Source of the DNA: Balanoglossus misakiensis
Taxonomy: Eukaryota; Animalia; Hemichordata
NCBI GenBank assembly: GCA_040954595.2
Contig: CM082596.2
Location: forward strand, 9,003,124-9,067,123
Direction of reading: 5' to 3'
Length of the DNA: 64,000 bases
Shown: in pieces, positions 1-12,055 of the stretch
Layout: every line of letters begins with the position of its first letter
Position numbering within the stretch: position 1 is the first letter of the stretch
Translations under genes and position numbers: made by a program
The notes under the pieces: generated by a model
What the model saw: only the letters and a program-made list of their open reading frames with translations
Told to the model about the DNA's origin: nothing
Database searches by the model: none

Positions 1-700
1 GATGTCTTCCAGAGGTGCAGTGTAGAGTGTAAACATGAGAGGTCCTAGAACAGATCCTTGTGGAACGCCATATTTCATGCGAGAACTTGGGGATGATGCA
101 GATCCAACCTTGACGCACTGTTGGCGATTAACGAGGTACGAACGAAACCACGATAAAGTGTTACCAGTTATTCCAAAACGATGATGTAGTCTCTGTAGCA
201 TTATTTCATGATCGATAGTGTCAAACGCCGCTGATAAATCTAACATGATAAGAATTACATCCTGTTTGTTATTCAAGGCAAGCATGATGTCATTGTGGAC
301 ACGCAAGAGAGCAGTTTCCGTGCTATGATTAGCACGGTAAGCACTTTGAAACTTTGTGAAAAGACTAAATTTAGTGAGGTGACTGTTCAGTTGCTGAACG
401 ACTACACGCTCGAGGAGTTTTGACAAGAACGGAAGGTTTGAAACCGGTCTGTAGTTCTTCAGAATGTTCTGATCCAGATCAACTTTCTTTAACAATGGAC
501 GAATTATCGCTGACTTGAAATGACTCGGCACGATGCCAGCTGTGAGCGAATTGTTGAAAAGATCAGCAAGGAAAGGTGCTAAGATGTGTACGCAATTCTT
601 CAACACTCCATATGGTAGAATGTCGAGTTCACAAGATTTCGGTGGTGATTGTTTCACTAACGCAATTATATCCCCAGGTGACACTGGATTTCTAGTTGAA
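1..700 (-). mobile_element. LINE (L2/CR1-group) reverse transcriptase fragment, 5'-truncated, runs off the window start
   Basis: Minus-strand translation is open from ~700 to base 1: KSCELD, NYRPVSNLPFLSKLLE, QSAYRANHSTETAL, LDLSAAFDTIDH, GVPQGSVLGPLMFTLY, all typical non-LTR RT motifs. Confidence 0.92.
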
Positions 701-838
701 ACTTATATGCTGACAGCTTTTGTAACAACTTAACCTTCAAAACCCGCTCAGTTTGTTATACTGTTGAATGTGTACTGTCGAAGATGTTCGACTATGGTGA
801 AATCTCGATCATAGCGTCATGGAGTCGATAGGAAGGTC

Positions 839-1056
<218 letters not shown>

Positions 1057-1181
1057 AAACAAACAAGCGTGCAAATACGTTCAGAACATTTTTTACGCAA
1101 TCAGAATGGACAAAGTAATCGACTTGTATTGTACAGTTATAGAACCCAGACCTACTGCCCCATTTCATGTGGCAAGCAAGT

Positions 1182-2441
1182 CACATCCAAAATCCACACT
1201 CAACTAAAACGAAAAAAATGCATTTTGTTTTGTAAATTGGCATATTAGATGTAAAGGTTTGAAAGGCATAGCCATACACCCACTGGACATCATCAATCAT
1301 CACTTGAATGTGGCATTTGTGATATTATTTCTGCGCCTTGCAAAACATTGAACACCAGTAAACATCAAACACCATTTCCGTCTGACCTTTGTGATATTTG
1401 TCTTGTGCCTTGCAAATCATTAAATAGAACCAGCAGGATTATCGCTTTTCAATACAAAAGTAAACGATTCTCTTATATTTAGAAGTTAGAGAATAAATCA
1501 ATCATAGAATGTTGACATGGTATCACTCTGATGTGTGTATGTTGTTGCCTCACCACTTGCATGTAAAACAACACAACATATTTGACTGTATGACTGACAG
1601 AAGGGATACATTTTGTTAATACTTTTCGAGTATATTCCATATTGATATACATGTACATGTATAGCTTTTCGGCGTTAAGATTAGAGAGAAGAGATTCTCC
1701 AAAATGCATATGAGATCGTATTACGGTTAAATCCCGGTGAGGGGTATAAAAGGCCCGAAATCATCCTTTTAGCCTGCACGATATATGTTTGTTATGACAC
1801 CACAAAGTATTTATTTCTTCATTATATTGGGACACATGGCAAAATCGAAACAAGCAATTGTCCCGGGTTCGATTCCCGGCCAACGCATGTATTTTTTTGC
1901 AGAAAACATGTATGTTGGGCAAGAATTGGGACACATGGCAAAATTAGACTGTCGACAGTCCCTCGCGCCTAATGTGTATCGATTCGGCGTTTCGTGCGAG
2001 GGCCGTAAGGCCCGTATCTTTTGAGGGCCGAAGGGCCGATTCGGCGTTTCGTGGTGCGAGGGCCGTAAGGCCCGAGGGACTGTTATAGCTTGTTTCGCCC
2101 TCACACGGCATTGTGGGGAAATTCACCTGTAACGCAACTGGCTTTAGTTCGGGACATGAAAACATTAGTCTCGGTTACCCAGACCCCCCTGCTTCTTCCG
2201 GCACTCCAGAAAGAGATAGGGGTACTACGCGCGTCTCGAGCCTGAATGTCAACTATTTGGAGACCCGTTGACCTGCCATATGAGTTGCATCAATCATGTA
2301 ACACGTGACTGTAGTCCCTCTCGAGATAGTGGCGTGGAGGGCTCCCTACTTACTCTCCGACCTGCCATATATGTTGTTCGGAGACTCTCTGACCTGCCAT
2401 ATTTGTTGGCTCTATTAAATTGGGGTTATCGTCACGTAATA
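1182..2441 (+). repeat. Copy 1 of an ~1.27-kb direct duplication (copy 2 at 13048-14330)
   Basis: Near-identical sequence; ORF track repeats (1785 vs 13674, 1479 vs 13367) at an offset of ~11.9 kb. Confidence 0.95.
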
Positions 2442-5343
2442 CGTGTACGGGCTACTATTTACATTGAATAAAGACTTAGAATACGTCACGGTTTGTCGTA
2501 ATTAATGAGTGTATTTGAAATAAAAGGACAATTTACGTCCGTTCTCTGTGCTGTCCGTATTTCGGAGTCAGGCTCTCCGACCTGCCATATATGTTGTTCG
2601 GAGACTCTCTGACCTGCCATATTTGTTGGCTCTATTAAATTAGGTGTTATCCTCACGAAATACGTGAACGGGCAACTACTTACATTGAATAATGACTTAG
2701 AATACGTCACGGTTTGTCGTAATTAATGTATGTTTTTGAAATAAAAGGACAATTTACGTCCGTTCTCTGTGCAGTCCGTATTTCGGAGTCAGGCTCTCCG
2801 ACCTGCCATATATGTTGTTCGGAGACTCTCTGACCTGCTATATTTTTGTTGCCTTGATTAAATAGAGGGTTTATACTCATGAAATACCAACATCAGTTTT
2901 TACTTAGATTTAATAATGAGTTTAAATACGTGCCACTTTGTTGAAACTAATGTTTGCATTTGATATATACTGACAATTTTCGTCCAATCTCTTAGAAATA
3001 CCTATTTCGGAGTCAGCTGCGCGGTTTTCAGACCTATCGGATATTTATTGCACTCAAACAAAGTAAGGTTTAAATTTGATTATATTACATTGAATAATTA
3101 GTTCAAATACATTCTGCTGCAGACACGCTTTGTTGAAATTTATAAGTTTATGTGAAATCATCCGCTTATTTTTGCGTGTCTTTCTCTTTCGAGGACAATA
3201 TTTCGTAGGACTTTCGCGCTCTCCGTCGTACCATTATTGCACTCAAACAAAGTTTTTGGAGTTACTATTCAAAAACATTTCAAAATCGATTTTTCATTGC
3301 ATTGAATAATATAACTTTAAATAGCACAGGATTAAATTCCCCGAAATCAACTTTTGTACGTGAGTTAATTGTACCCATCTTTTGCGTCTGTTCTGTCCTT
3401 TCAGTCTGTTTTCAAGTTCAACCTGGCATGTTTATTGCAAGTAAACAAACGTGGTATTTCATCTTCGTATAACTAGATCCCCATCACAAATGAATATTTC
3501 GCTGTGAAATTATCTTTGAATACATCATTTTCCATCAAAACTGTGAAAATATCATTGTCGTATTGCTGTTCGATGCAATGTAGAGTCGAACTCTTCTCCA
3601 GAAAGTTAGAGTTAACTCTTATATATTTACCTTCGATTACATATAGTATCTCAATACGCATTCTTCCAGTCTGGACAAATCTTACTCCTCAGAACGGATT
3701 TGTTCATGCGTTGCTTTACAATTACAATGTATATAGTGTCGCCAACTTTGCGTACTTTACGTTATCGTTCATACGTTTATATTATTTGGTTTTATATCAA
3801 GCAAAAGTCTGGGAAATATTAATTTTCTGTGTCAAATGAATGCATACAACCAAGGTGGCGTTTAATATTGGTCTGGTTTCAAATATAATAGAAGTATAAA
3901 TCAGATTATGACCTACGTACTTCAGCACCTCCTTAATTTTGTAGAGTATAGATAATATTCGTGTAATAAACGTTACCATGGACTTTTTAAAGCGAATTCA
4001 TTTTCGAGGTTAACGTTCCCGATCTAGGAGGAAAGAAACTTTTTGTGGAAAGTTTTTTTTGCGTTTCCCTAGTAGAACTGTTCCGTTTTGTGTATATCAT
4101 GTTTTAAATTAGGAAATGTAATACATGTATACGTTTTATTTCAGTGCAACATATATGGCAGGTCGGAGAGCCTGACTCTGAAATACGGACTGCACAGAGA
4201 AGACGCAAATATTTGATCTGTATTTCAAATGCACACATTAATTTCGACGTATTTTAACTTGTTACTCAATATAAGTCAAAGTCCGTTCATGTATTTGATG
4301 AGTAACCATCATTTTATTTCAGTGCAACATATGGCAGGTCAGAGAGTCTCCGAACAACATATATGGCAGCTCGGAGAGCCTGACTCCGAAATACGGACTG
4401 CACTGAGAACGGACGTAAATTGTCCTTTTATTTCAAATACACTCATTAATTACGACAAACCGTGACGTATTCTAAGTCTTTATTCAATGTAAATAGTAGC
4501 CCGTACACGTAATTCGTGAGGATAACCCCCAATTTAATAGAGCCAACAAATATGGCAGGTCAGAGAGTCTCCGAACAACATATATGGCAGCTCGGAGAGC
4601 CTGACTCCGAAATACGGACAGCACAGAGAACGGACGTAAATTGTCCTTTTATTTCAAATACACTCATTAATTACGACAAACCGTGACGTATTCTAAGTCT
4701 TTATTCAATGTAAATAGTAGCCCGTACACGTATTACGTGACGATAACCCCAATTGAATAGAGCCAACATATATGGCAGGTCGGAGAGTAAGTAGGGAGCC
4801 CTCCACGCCACTCTCTCGAGAGGGACTACAGTCACGTGTTACATGATTGATGCAACTCATATGGCAGGTCAACGGGTCTCCAAATAGTTGACATTCAGGC
4901 TCGAGACGCGCGTAGTACCCCTATCCCAGAAAGAGGGTCTGGGGAAACCCCACAGACCAATCTCCGGGCAAAGATGGCCGACTCGGGACAAAAGCGGTGC
5001 ATGATGGTCAACATTTATGACATACGATATTATGATATGACGATATTAGAAAACTATTTACCAAACTTCTCTTTCTCTTTTCAATTTGTAGACAGTTTCA
5101 GCAGGTCTAGCACGTCTCAGCATGTATTTTTAATGTTCGAGTCTGCAACCATCGTGCATCGCTTTTGTCCCGAGTCGGCCATCTTTGCCCGGAGATTTGT
5201 CTGTGGGGTTTCCCCAGACCCTCTTTCTGGAGTGCCCAACGGAAGAAGCAGGAGGGTCTGGGTAACCGAGACTAGGGTTTCCCCAGACCCTCTTTCTGGA
5301 CTGCCCAACGGAAGAAGCAAGGGGGTCTGGGTAACCGAGACTA
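2166..5343. mobile_element. AcademH-like MITE (TAGTCTCGGTTACCCAGAC termini), middle layer of the nest
   Basis: TIRs at 2166 and 5343 (right end tandemly duplicated, 5206-5343); 10-bp TSD ATGAAAACAT/ATGTAAACAT; same family as 44388-44814. Confidence 0.8.
2215..4925. mobile_element. Foldback/Mutator-like element with long TIRs and ~220-bp subterminal tandem repeats, inner layer of the nest
   Basis: GATAGGGGTACTACGCGCGTCTCGAG at 2215 and its inverse ending 4925; inverted arms of >600 bp; TSD CCAGAAAGA/CCAGAAAAGA splits the host MITE sequence ccagaaagagggtctgggg. Confidence 0.8.
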
Positions 5344-6375
5344 ATGTAAACATGTGACAGGAGCATTCGTCTATATTTTCCAAGAAAGGCTTCTGGGCTT
5401 CCGAACACAAGATTAAAGCTCCCCTTCACCAGAGTTGCTTGAACTTGATGATCGGTCGAGCTAACATGTCCCGAACTAAAGCCAGTTGCATTACAGGGGA
5501 ATTTCCCCACAATGCCGTGTGAGGGCGAAACAAGCTATAACAGTCCCTCGGGCCTTACGGCACTCGCACCACGAAACGCCGAATCTATTAAATCAGATTA
5601 TGACCTACGTACTTCAGCACATCCTTAATTTTGTAGAGTATAGATAATATTCGTGTAATACGTTACCATGGACTTTTTAAAGCGAATTCATTTTCGAGGT
5701 TAACGTTCCCGATCTAGGAGGAAAGAAACTTTTTGTGGAAAGTTTTTTTTGCGTTTCCCTAGTAGAACTGTTCCATTTTGTGTATATCATGTTTTAAATT
5801 AGGAAATGTAATACATGTATACGTTTTATTTCAGTGCAACATATATGGCAGGTCGGAGAGCCTGACTCTGAAATACGGACTGCACAGAGAAGACGCAAAT
5901 ATTTGATCTGTATTTCAACTGCACACATTAATTTCGACGTATTTTAACTTGTTACTCAATATAAGTCAAAGTCCAGGAATATGCGCAAGTATACAATAGT
6001 CTGCACAGTTGTACATCTACGATTTGCACCACGTATATGTGACGTATATTCACGTATATGGAACATACCAATGTGTTAGTATACGTGCACGTATATCTAT
6101 GAAGATCACGGGTGTGCACAACGCAGACCATTGCAGATCAAGTGCACACCATAAACATTCCAACGTATTTGTACACATTCTCAGTGCATATCTTCCTTGC
6201 TATTTGCATGAATGTGTGATTAGCATACGTTACATCATCATCACAGACATTAACATTTGCATAGTTGAGTTCACGTTTCTTGTGCAAAAAATGTTCCTTA
6301 CGGCCCTCGCACGAAACGCCGAATCGATACACATTAGGCGCGAGGGACTGTCGACAGTCTAGGCAAAATCGAAAC

Positions 6376-6411
6376 AAGCAATTGTCCCGGGTTCGATTCC
6401 CGGCCAACGCA
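6376..6411 (+). pseudogene. 3' half of tRNA-Gly (T-arm and acceptor 3' strand only)
   Basis: AAGCAATTGTCCCGGGTTCGATTCCCGGCCAACGCA without the 5' half; the same half occurs at ~1852-1887 and ~13741-13776. Confidence 0.8.
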
Positions 6412-6479
6412 TGTATTTTTTTGCAGTAAACATGTATGTTGGGCAAGAATTGGCGTGCAGACGGCATCTCTCCCAACAG

Positions 6480-6551
6480 GCGTTGGTGGTGTAGTGGTTA
6501 ACATAGTTGCCTTCCAAGCAATTGTCCCGGGTTCGATTCCCGGCCAATGCA
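6480..6551 (+). tRNA. tRNA-Gly-TCC: tRNA-Gly (TCC), copy 1 of a 140-bp-period array
   Basis: 72-nt cloverleaf: acceptor GCGTTGG/CCAATGC, anticodon arm GTTGC-CTTCCAA-GCAAT, T-arm CCGGG-TTCGATT-CCCGG; T7 Pol III terminator 4 nt downstream. Confidence 0.93.
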
Positions 6552-6619
6552 TGTATTTTTTTGCAGTAAACATGTATGTTGGGCAAGAATTGGCGTGCAG
6601 ACGGCATCTCTCCCAACAG

Positions 6620-6691
6620 GCGTTGGTGGTGTAGTGGTTAACATAGTTGCCTTCCAAGCAATTGTCCCGGGTTCGATTCCCGGTCAATGCA
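6620..6691 (+). tRNA. tRNA-Gly-TCC: tRNA-Gly (TCC), copy 2
   Basis: Same as copy 1 except one C>T that gives a G-U pair in the acceptor stem; T-run terminator. Confidence 0.9.
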
Positions 6692-6759
6692 TGTATTTTT
6701 TTGCAGTAAACATGTATGTTGGGCAAGAATTGGCGTGCAGACGGCATCTCTCCCAACAG

Positions 6760-6831
6760 GCGTTGGTGGTGTAGTGGTTAACATAGTTGCCTTCCAAGCA
6801 ATTGTCCCGGGTTCGATTCCCGGCCAATGCA
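6760..6831 (+). tRNA. tRNA-Gly-TCC: tRNA-Gly (TCC), copy 3
   Basis: Identical to copy 1; T-run terminator. Confidence 0.93.
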
Positions 6832-6899
6832 TGTATTTTTTTGCAGTAAACATGTATGTTGGGCAAGAATTGGCATGCAGACGGCATCTCTCCCAACAG

Positions 6900-6958
6900 G
6901 CGTTGGTGGTGTAGTGGTTAACAAGCAATTGTCCCGGGTTCGATTCCCGGCCAACGCA
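6900..6958 (+). pseudogene. tRNA-Gly pseudogene with a 13-nt deletion that removes the anticodon
   Basis: GTTAACA is joined directly to AGCAATT; TAGTTGCCTTCCA is missing (CA microhomology). Confidence 0.88.
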
Positions 6959-7515
6959 GATTTTTTTGCAGTTGGATATTTCTTATCAGATAATATTCAC
7001 TCACTCACTCACTCAATTCACTCACTCACTCACTGAAGTCTGAAACACCATGTATGGCTTGTTCTCTCGTTTATATAATTTTGAAATGGTCCACTTTTGA
7101 AAAACACATTTCACATTCTCTGCACAAATCCCCACGTTTCACTTAAAAAACGGACACGACAACACCGAGGGCAGTATCAGAAAGTATTTCGCAACGTTAT
7201 GACTACGCATACTTGCTGAAAAAAATGAACCCGTTGTACGTGTCGCGATTTGCAAACAGTCCACACGTTAACGTTTCCATCAGCACACTTTCTCATCAAC
7301 TGCAAGTCCAAGTATAATTGACAGACACCTGGAACACAGTGCGTGAATTGATATTTTAATTAAAGACGAAAAGAAAAGTGACAGCAAACATCAAGTAGAC
7401 CGTCTCAAAAAACATCAGTTGCTGTTCAAGATTAGGTACTTGTTTGACGGACAGAAACTAAACCGCAAAATGGAAGCAGTTGTGCTAACTCTATGGCATT
7501 GAATGCTGCGCATGC

Positions 7516-10500
7516 CTACTGGCAAGCATAGATTTCCACTCTCATGGAGATATGACCATACCAGGTAACTGGATAAAACCGAACAGACTCTGCTGTGAAA
7601 GCCTTGTCTCCCAATTCATGGTAGACTATTGTGTTCCGGTCAGAATTCGCAATGAAAATCTGAAACGTAAAACATGATAGTGTTTTCAGTTGATATAGGA
7701 AAGCTGGCCTTTCTGTAGGTTTACGCTACACACTGATGTAAGCGGCGATAGCCACCCCTTAGGCTGCATTCACAAACACCTCTGGAAGGGGGGGGGGGTG
7801 GGAGAATTGAGGGGGGGGATTTGAAAAAATTGAGGGTATGTAAGGGGGGATTTGAAATAATTTAGGGACGGAAAGGCGGGGGACTTGAAAACTTTGACGA
7901 CTAAATATTTATTTTGAGTCCACAAATATGCAGTTTCGCGCCCTTTATTTTACAAAATGTTCTCCATTCATCAGCACCCTTCAATCATTGACTGGTTTAT
8001 CTAGTGTCCCAGGTCGGGGGACTTGCCTCCACCCCATGATAACTTTGAGCGGTGACGGTTAAATTTGTCCTCCCCAACATACCGGTAGTTGAGTTAATTT
8101 GCTTTTGCAGGGTTCATTAAAATGCAGCTTTGAGCTCTGTATTTTATAAAATTTTCTTACCCACCCCCTTCGATTCTCGGTTTACAATGTCTCCCAACAC
8201 AAATACAAATACTTAAAAAGTAAAAACAATGTTCAGTTTTAATACCCACTGATGAGGGGAAACATCAGTTTCAAATTCTTTTCATGGGAGCGCTGTTTTT
8301 TCTTTTTTACAAGATAGATATGTGATGTGTTTTGCTCTGTGAAAGAAAATGGGGGGGGGGGGGGATTTCAAAATTTTGGCAGCTCGGAAGGGGGGATTTG
8401 AAATTATTTCGGGTTGTGTACGGGGGGCATGTGAAAATTAGCGGTAAAAAAATTGAATTCTCCCGCCCCCCCCCACTCCAGAGGTGTTTGTGAATGCAGC
8501 CTTATATTTATTGTGCCCAAAATTACTACCAAAAACATATCCCAGAAATGTGTTTCCTTATTCTTTTCAGTCGTGTGTATGGTGTACACTGTGCGCATCT
8601 TTAATATATTATATGTATGAACATTGTCAGGTTCTTCGAATCGGACATTGTGAAGTTCATACCTTTTCAGAGCCATCGTCCCGAGTCACATATGTCCATT
8701 GTCCGTGTTCCTTGTGGTAGCCGAGTTTGAATGATGTCACCCACTGAGAATAATCACTTCGCCCCTAAATTTAACAAGAAGCTCACCATAAAATATGCAA
8801 CATTCGGTTGAAACCCTTGATACGAGATACTATCTCGTTATAACGAGATAGTATCTCGTTATAACGAGATAGTTTTTTTCTTGCTTCACAAAATGGCGTT
8901 AACGGGCTTTCTTACTTTACTATTCATTATATTAGGGTGTGTTTTTTACCAACGATGTAATGTGTTATTCATTATTCAATATTGTAAATATTTCAAAATG
9001 CGTTGTGTACTTACTTGTGTGGCGACCTTGGTGACCTTCCTATCACCACCAAGGTCAACTTGCAACCACTGTGCGGCGTTGTTATGCAATGCACACCACG
9101 AATGGGAATATCCAGAAGGGCCATGGTAGTTAAGCCTTCCTTGATGAGACATGTGCTTACTATTAAAATTAGAGCTCGCCGTCATCTGCGAATTTGGAAT
9201 AACTCGATTCTCTACACCAACAGGCTCGGAGTTACACGGCCCTGAAATCGGTGATACATTTTAGTAACAAGGGACGGACGTTACAGTCGACTGATTTTGG
9301 GGTATTTTTGTCAATATTTCCCGATGCATCAACACCTGCAGTTTCGTATTCTATGTTGGATGGCTTTATGAAAATTTATATTTTTAGCTTCCAACAAAGC
9401 CTGCACATGAGTAAAGGCCAGTGTCATGTTGACAAATACTTAATGTCCGGACTTGGAGTCAATTTTCAGCAATAACAATTCTGATTAATACAAAATGTCT
9501 AAAACATTGTCTTCTACAACTATTTTTTTGTAATATTACCCTATATGTAAACATTTCCAGCCGATACATTGCAGCAGAATAATTCAGAAAATGATTTTTA
9601 CTTGGGTGACACGTGTAACCAACGGCCAAAATGTAGTTATTCGCACCTGATTTTTTGCAGATGAAACCCAGTTTCTCTGCACAGTCACTTGTTTCCCAGT
9701 AACCGTCTTTAGCTCCCGATATGACAGCACAGTCCAAACGTCCGGGGCGCCGTGGTTCTCTAGTGGCCCAGTTTCTGTATGACAGCTGTTGAATGAAAAA
9801 AATCACGTAATTCACCTGTATTCTTCAATTGAAAGCAGTATGATAGGACTACAGAGGCACGAGATTAGTGTGTTATACCTCTTTTTGGTTTCTTCACGTT
9901 GCCATAAAAATATGGGCATCTATTCGTCGAATTCGATATTAATTGGCTTTTCAAGTATACTTTCAACAATGTTTTCCCATTCTCACACTCCTGGCACGCT
10001 GAGAGTGTGGGATCAGATTGGGAGAATACATTATTCCGCACACTGTTATCAAGTGTGGTTCTCATGCAAACTGTAATTAGATATCCTTTCAAGTAACACC
10101 ATCATGCACGAAGAAGGCGTAATTACAGAGCAAATCATCGATCGAACACACAAACAATCTTGTTGATCAATAATACTGGAACTAGATTCGCTGCATGCAT
10201 GCGATATTATCAATAGACAAAGAAATGCATAACACCAACCTCAGTGCCATCTTCCCACCTCCAGTCGGCTTCGTTCTCGATGTCACTTAAACCAATCCAC
10301 AAGTTTTGTTTACCAGATATCATGGTATAACCTAATTATGTTTTAATATTAAAAATAACGTCATGGGTCTATGCCATATAAACAAAACAACAACACGGAA
10401 AATCGCTCATTTGGTCTTGAAGTCGAGTTTTGATGTTGACTCATATGCAAATGTACGCTACCTGGCTTGGAGTATGAATTGTCACACTGGTTGAAATAAA

Positions 10501-12055
10501 AGGCGTTTGAGATGACAAAATCCGTATCTGCAGCCACGTATATAAATATTAGAATGAGTCAAACTGCATTTGAATTTAGAATTTGATACAACTGTTGGGA
10601 GAAATGATTTTCTAAACATATTTTTCTCGTGTTTCTGAAATGAACTCTACAGCGGGTGTTCAGGATTTTGAAATATATTACGGGCCTTTCTTTCAGTTTT
10701 GGATATTCTTGCTTGAACTCTGCACCAGCGACGCAAAAAAACACTATTTTTTCAAGTTTTTAGCCACGAAAAGAGTTCATTTACTATTAGGAGATCCCAC
10801 ACGTGTGGCCTTATTATGTTTTTGTTACAGGGGCTCCACATTCTACAAATGGTTGATGTATGATAGCCTACTTGCCTTTCAGGAACAGGTTTTTATGGGA
10901 GTCGTCGATAGTGACAAGCTCCCCACCTTTGCCTCTACAAATCGACTTGGCCTCGTCGTACGTGTACACTTTCTCGAGGTATGCATAGTAGCAGGTGTCC
11001 GCGAAGTTGTCCCATTGTGGTTCACAGCCTGGTGGAGAAATTGAAGGTACATTAAACGGACAAATTCTCTCTCTCGTTGCCCTTTTTCCATTAATTATGT
11101 TTGATACAAGACACCGTTTATGTTAATGTACATGTGTATGTAGTGAATGAACGTTCGACCACACACAACTTCCATCCCACTTGTAAGATATGAGAGTAAA
11201 AACTTACCCAAAATGAATCAATGGTAGAGACCGATTATTCAATTTGGCGAGTTTTTTTCACTCTCGTGTCTACAAGTGGGATGGAAGTTGTGTGTGGTTG
11301 AACGTTGATTCACTGATTATCCACATGTACATTAGTATAAACAGTGTCTTGTACCAAACATAATTAATGAAAAAAAGGCAGCGGGGGAGAGACTTTGTCC
11401 CTTTAAGTCTACCAAGCAGTTCGTTATTACGTCGTTGCTTAAACACCATTCGACTGCTTCGTTGTGTGTGGGTGGTGTGAACTACATTACCTAAACAAAA
11501 CCACCATTTCAGCCGCTCTGCTGTTGTACAGGTAAAGGGCAATAGCCGAGGATCAAACTACTGCAGGTATTGCCCCATTAACTAAGACAGATAGAAAGAC
11601 ATGCATACAGATAGAGACAAGCACGTGCATACAGTCACCACAATCAATGCAAGTTGTACCAACACTAGTCATCCAATAAATAGAATTAAGCAAAATAAAA
11701 ACGAATAAAAGAAACTAATTCTCTGTGTATAGTAATATTCACAAAAGCCTGGAACTCTTAGTCACATAGGACTATGCGGTGATGAAAAAAAATCAAAAAT
11801 CAAATCTAGCATACAAAAATAAGTTATTAAACTTCAAGAGAGTATTTTGTTGTTGGCCGTGCACAGATAAACCAAGAATATAAAAATTAATAAAGAACAG
11901 CTGCAGATGTTAACGTGAAATAATGGGCAATTGGAATAAGCAACATCAAAATTAATGAGTAGGTGTATTGTCCTATTCGAACATGTTACAGTACCTTTCG
12001 CGGATGGCAATGCCTCTGTGACCAACAAACCCAGTAGAGCCAGGTACAATTTCAT
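7516..12055 (-). CDS. Secreted C-type lectin domain + F5/8 type C (discoidin) domain protein, 7 coding exons, ~305 aa
   Basis: Exons 12055-11995 (signal peptide MKLYLALLGLLVTEA), 11028-10876 (CEPQWDNFADTCYY), 10331-10240 (LWIGLSD..WRWEDG), 9785-9647 (YRNWATREP..DCAV..WETSDC..FICKK), 9241-9015 (MTASS..WLQVDLG..VATQ), 8764-8663 (GRSDYSQWVTSF), 7659-7516 (VRFYP..ISMRVEIYAC*). Phases are compatible and lengths sum to 918 nt. Confidence 0.88.
7762..8501. mobile_element. PIF/Harbinger-type (Tourist-like) MITE in the last intron of the lectin gene
   Basis: TIR GGCTGCATTCACAAACACCTCTGGA and its inverse; TTA TSD at 7759-7761 and 8502-8504. Confidence 0.85.
11047..11413. repeat. Imperfect ~140-bp inverted repeat in intron 1 of the lectin gene
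   Basis: 11047-11187 (..ccacacacaacttccatcccacttgta) mirrors 11271-11413 (tacaagtgggatggaagttgtgtgtgg..). Confidence 0.8.

Larger units (their letters stand above)
1945..6361. mobile_element. Non-autonomous TAG-ended (AcademH-like) DNA transposon, outer layer of a nest
   Basis: TIR TAGACTGTCGACAGTCCCTCGCGCC at 1945 and inverted ending at 6361; 8-bp TSD GGCAAAAT on both sides; carries a RecQ-like coding fragment at ~5354-5460. Confidence 0.8.

Noticed and set aside
6138-7036. Several overlapping repeated ORFs, superficially like a CRISPR or peptide-repeat array
   Set aside because: They are translations of the tRNA-Gly tandem array; spacers are identical, not unique.
8245-8275. CTGATGA motif as a hammerhead ribozyme core
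   Set aside because: No compatible stems or properly placed GAAA and cleavage triplet seen; lies inside a MITE.
11413-11582. Possible extra lectin exon (tag acceptor near 11583, GT donor near 11412)
   Set aside because: The phase-compatible frame has stops, and exon 1 joins exon 2 in frame without it.
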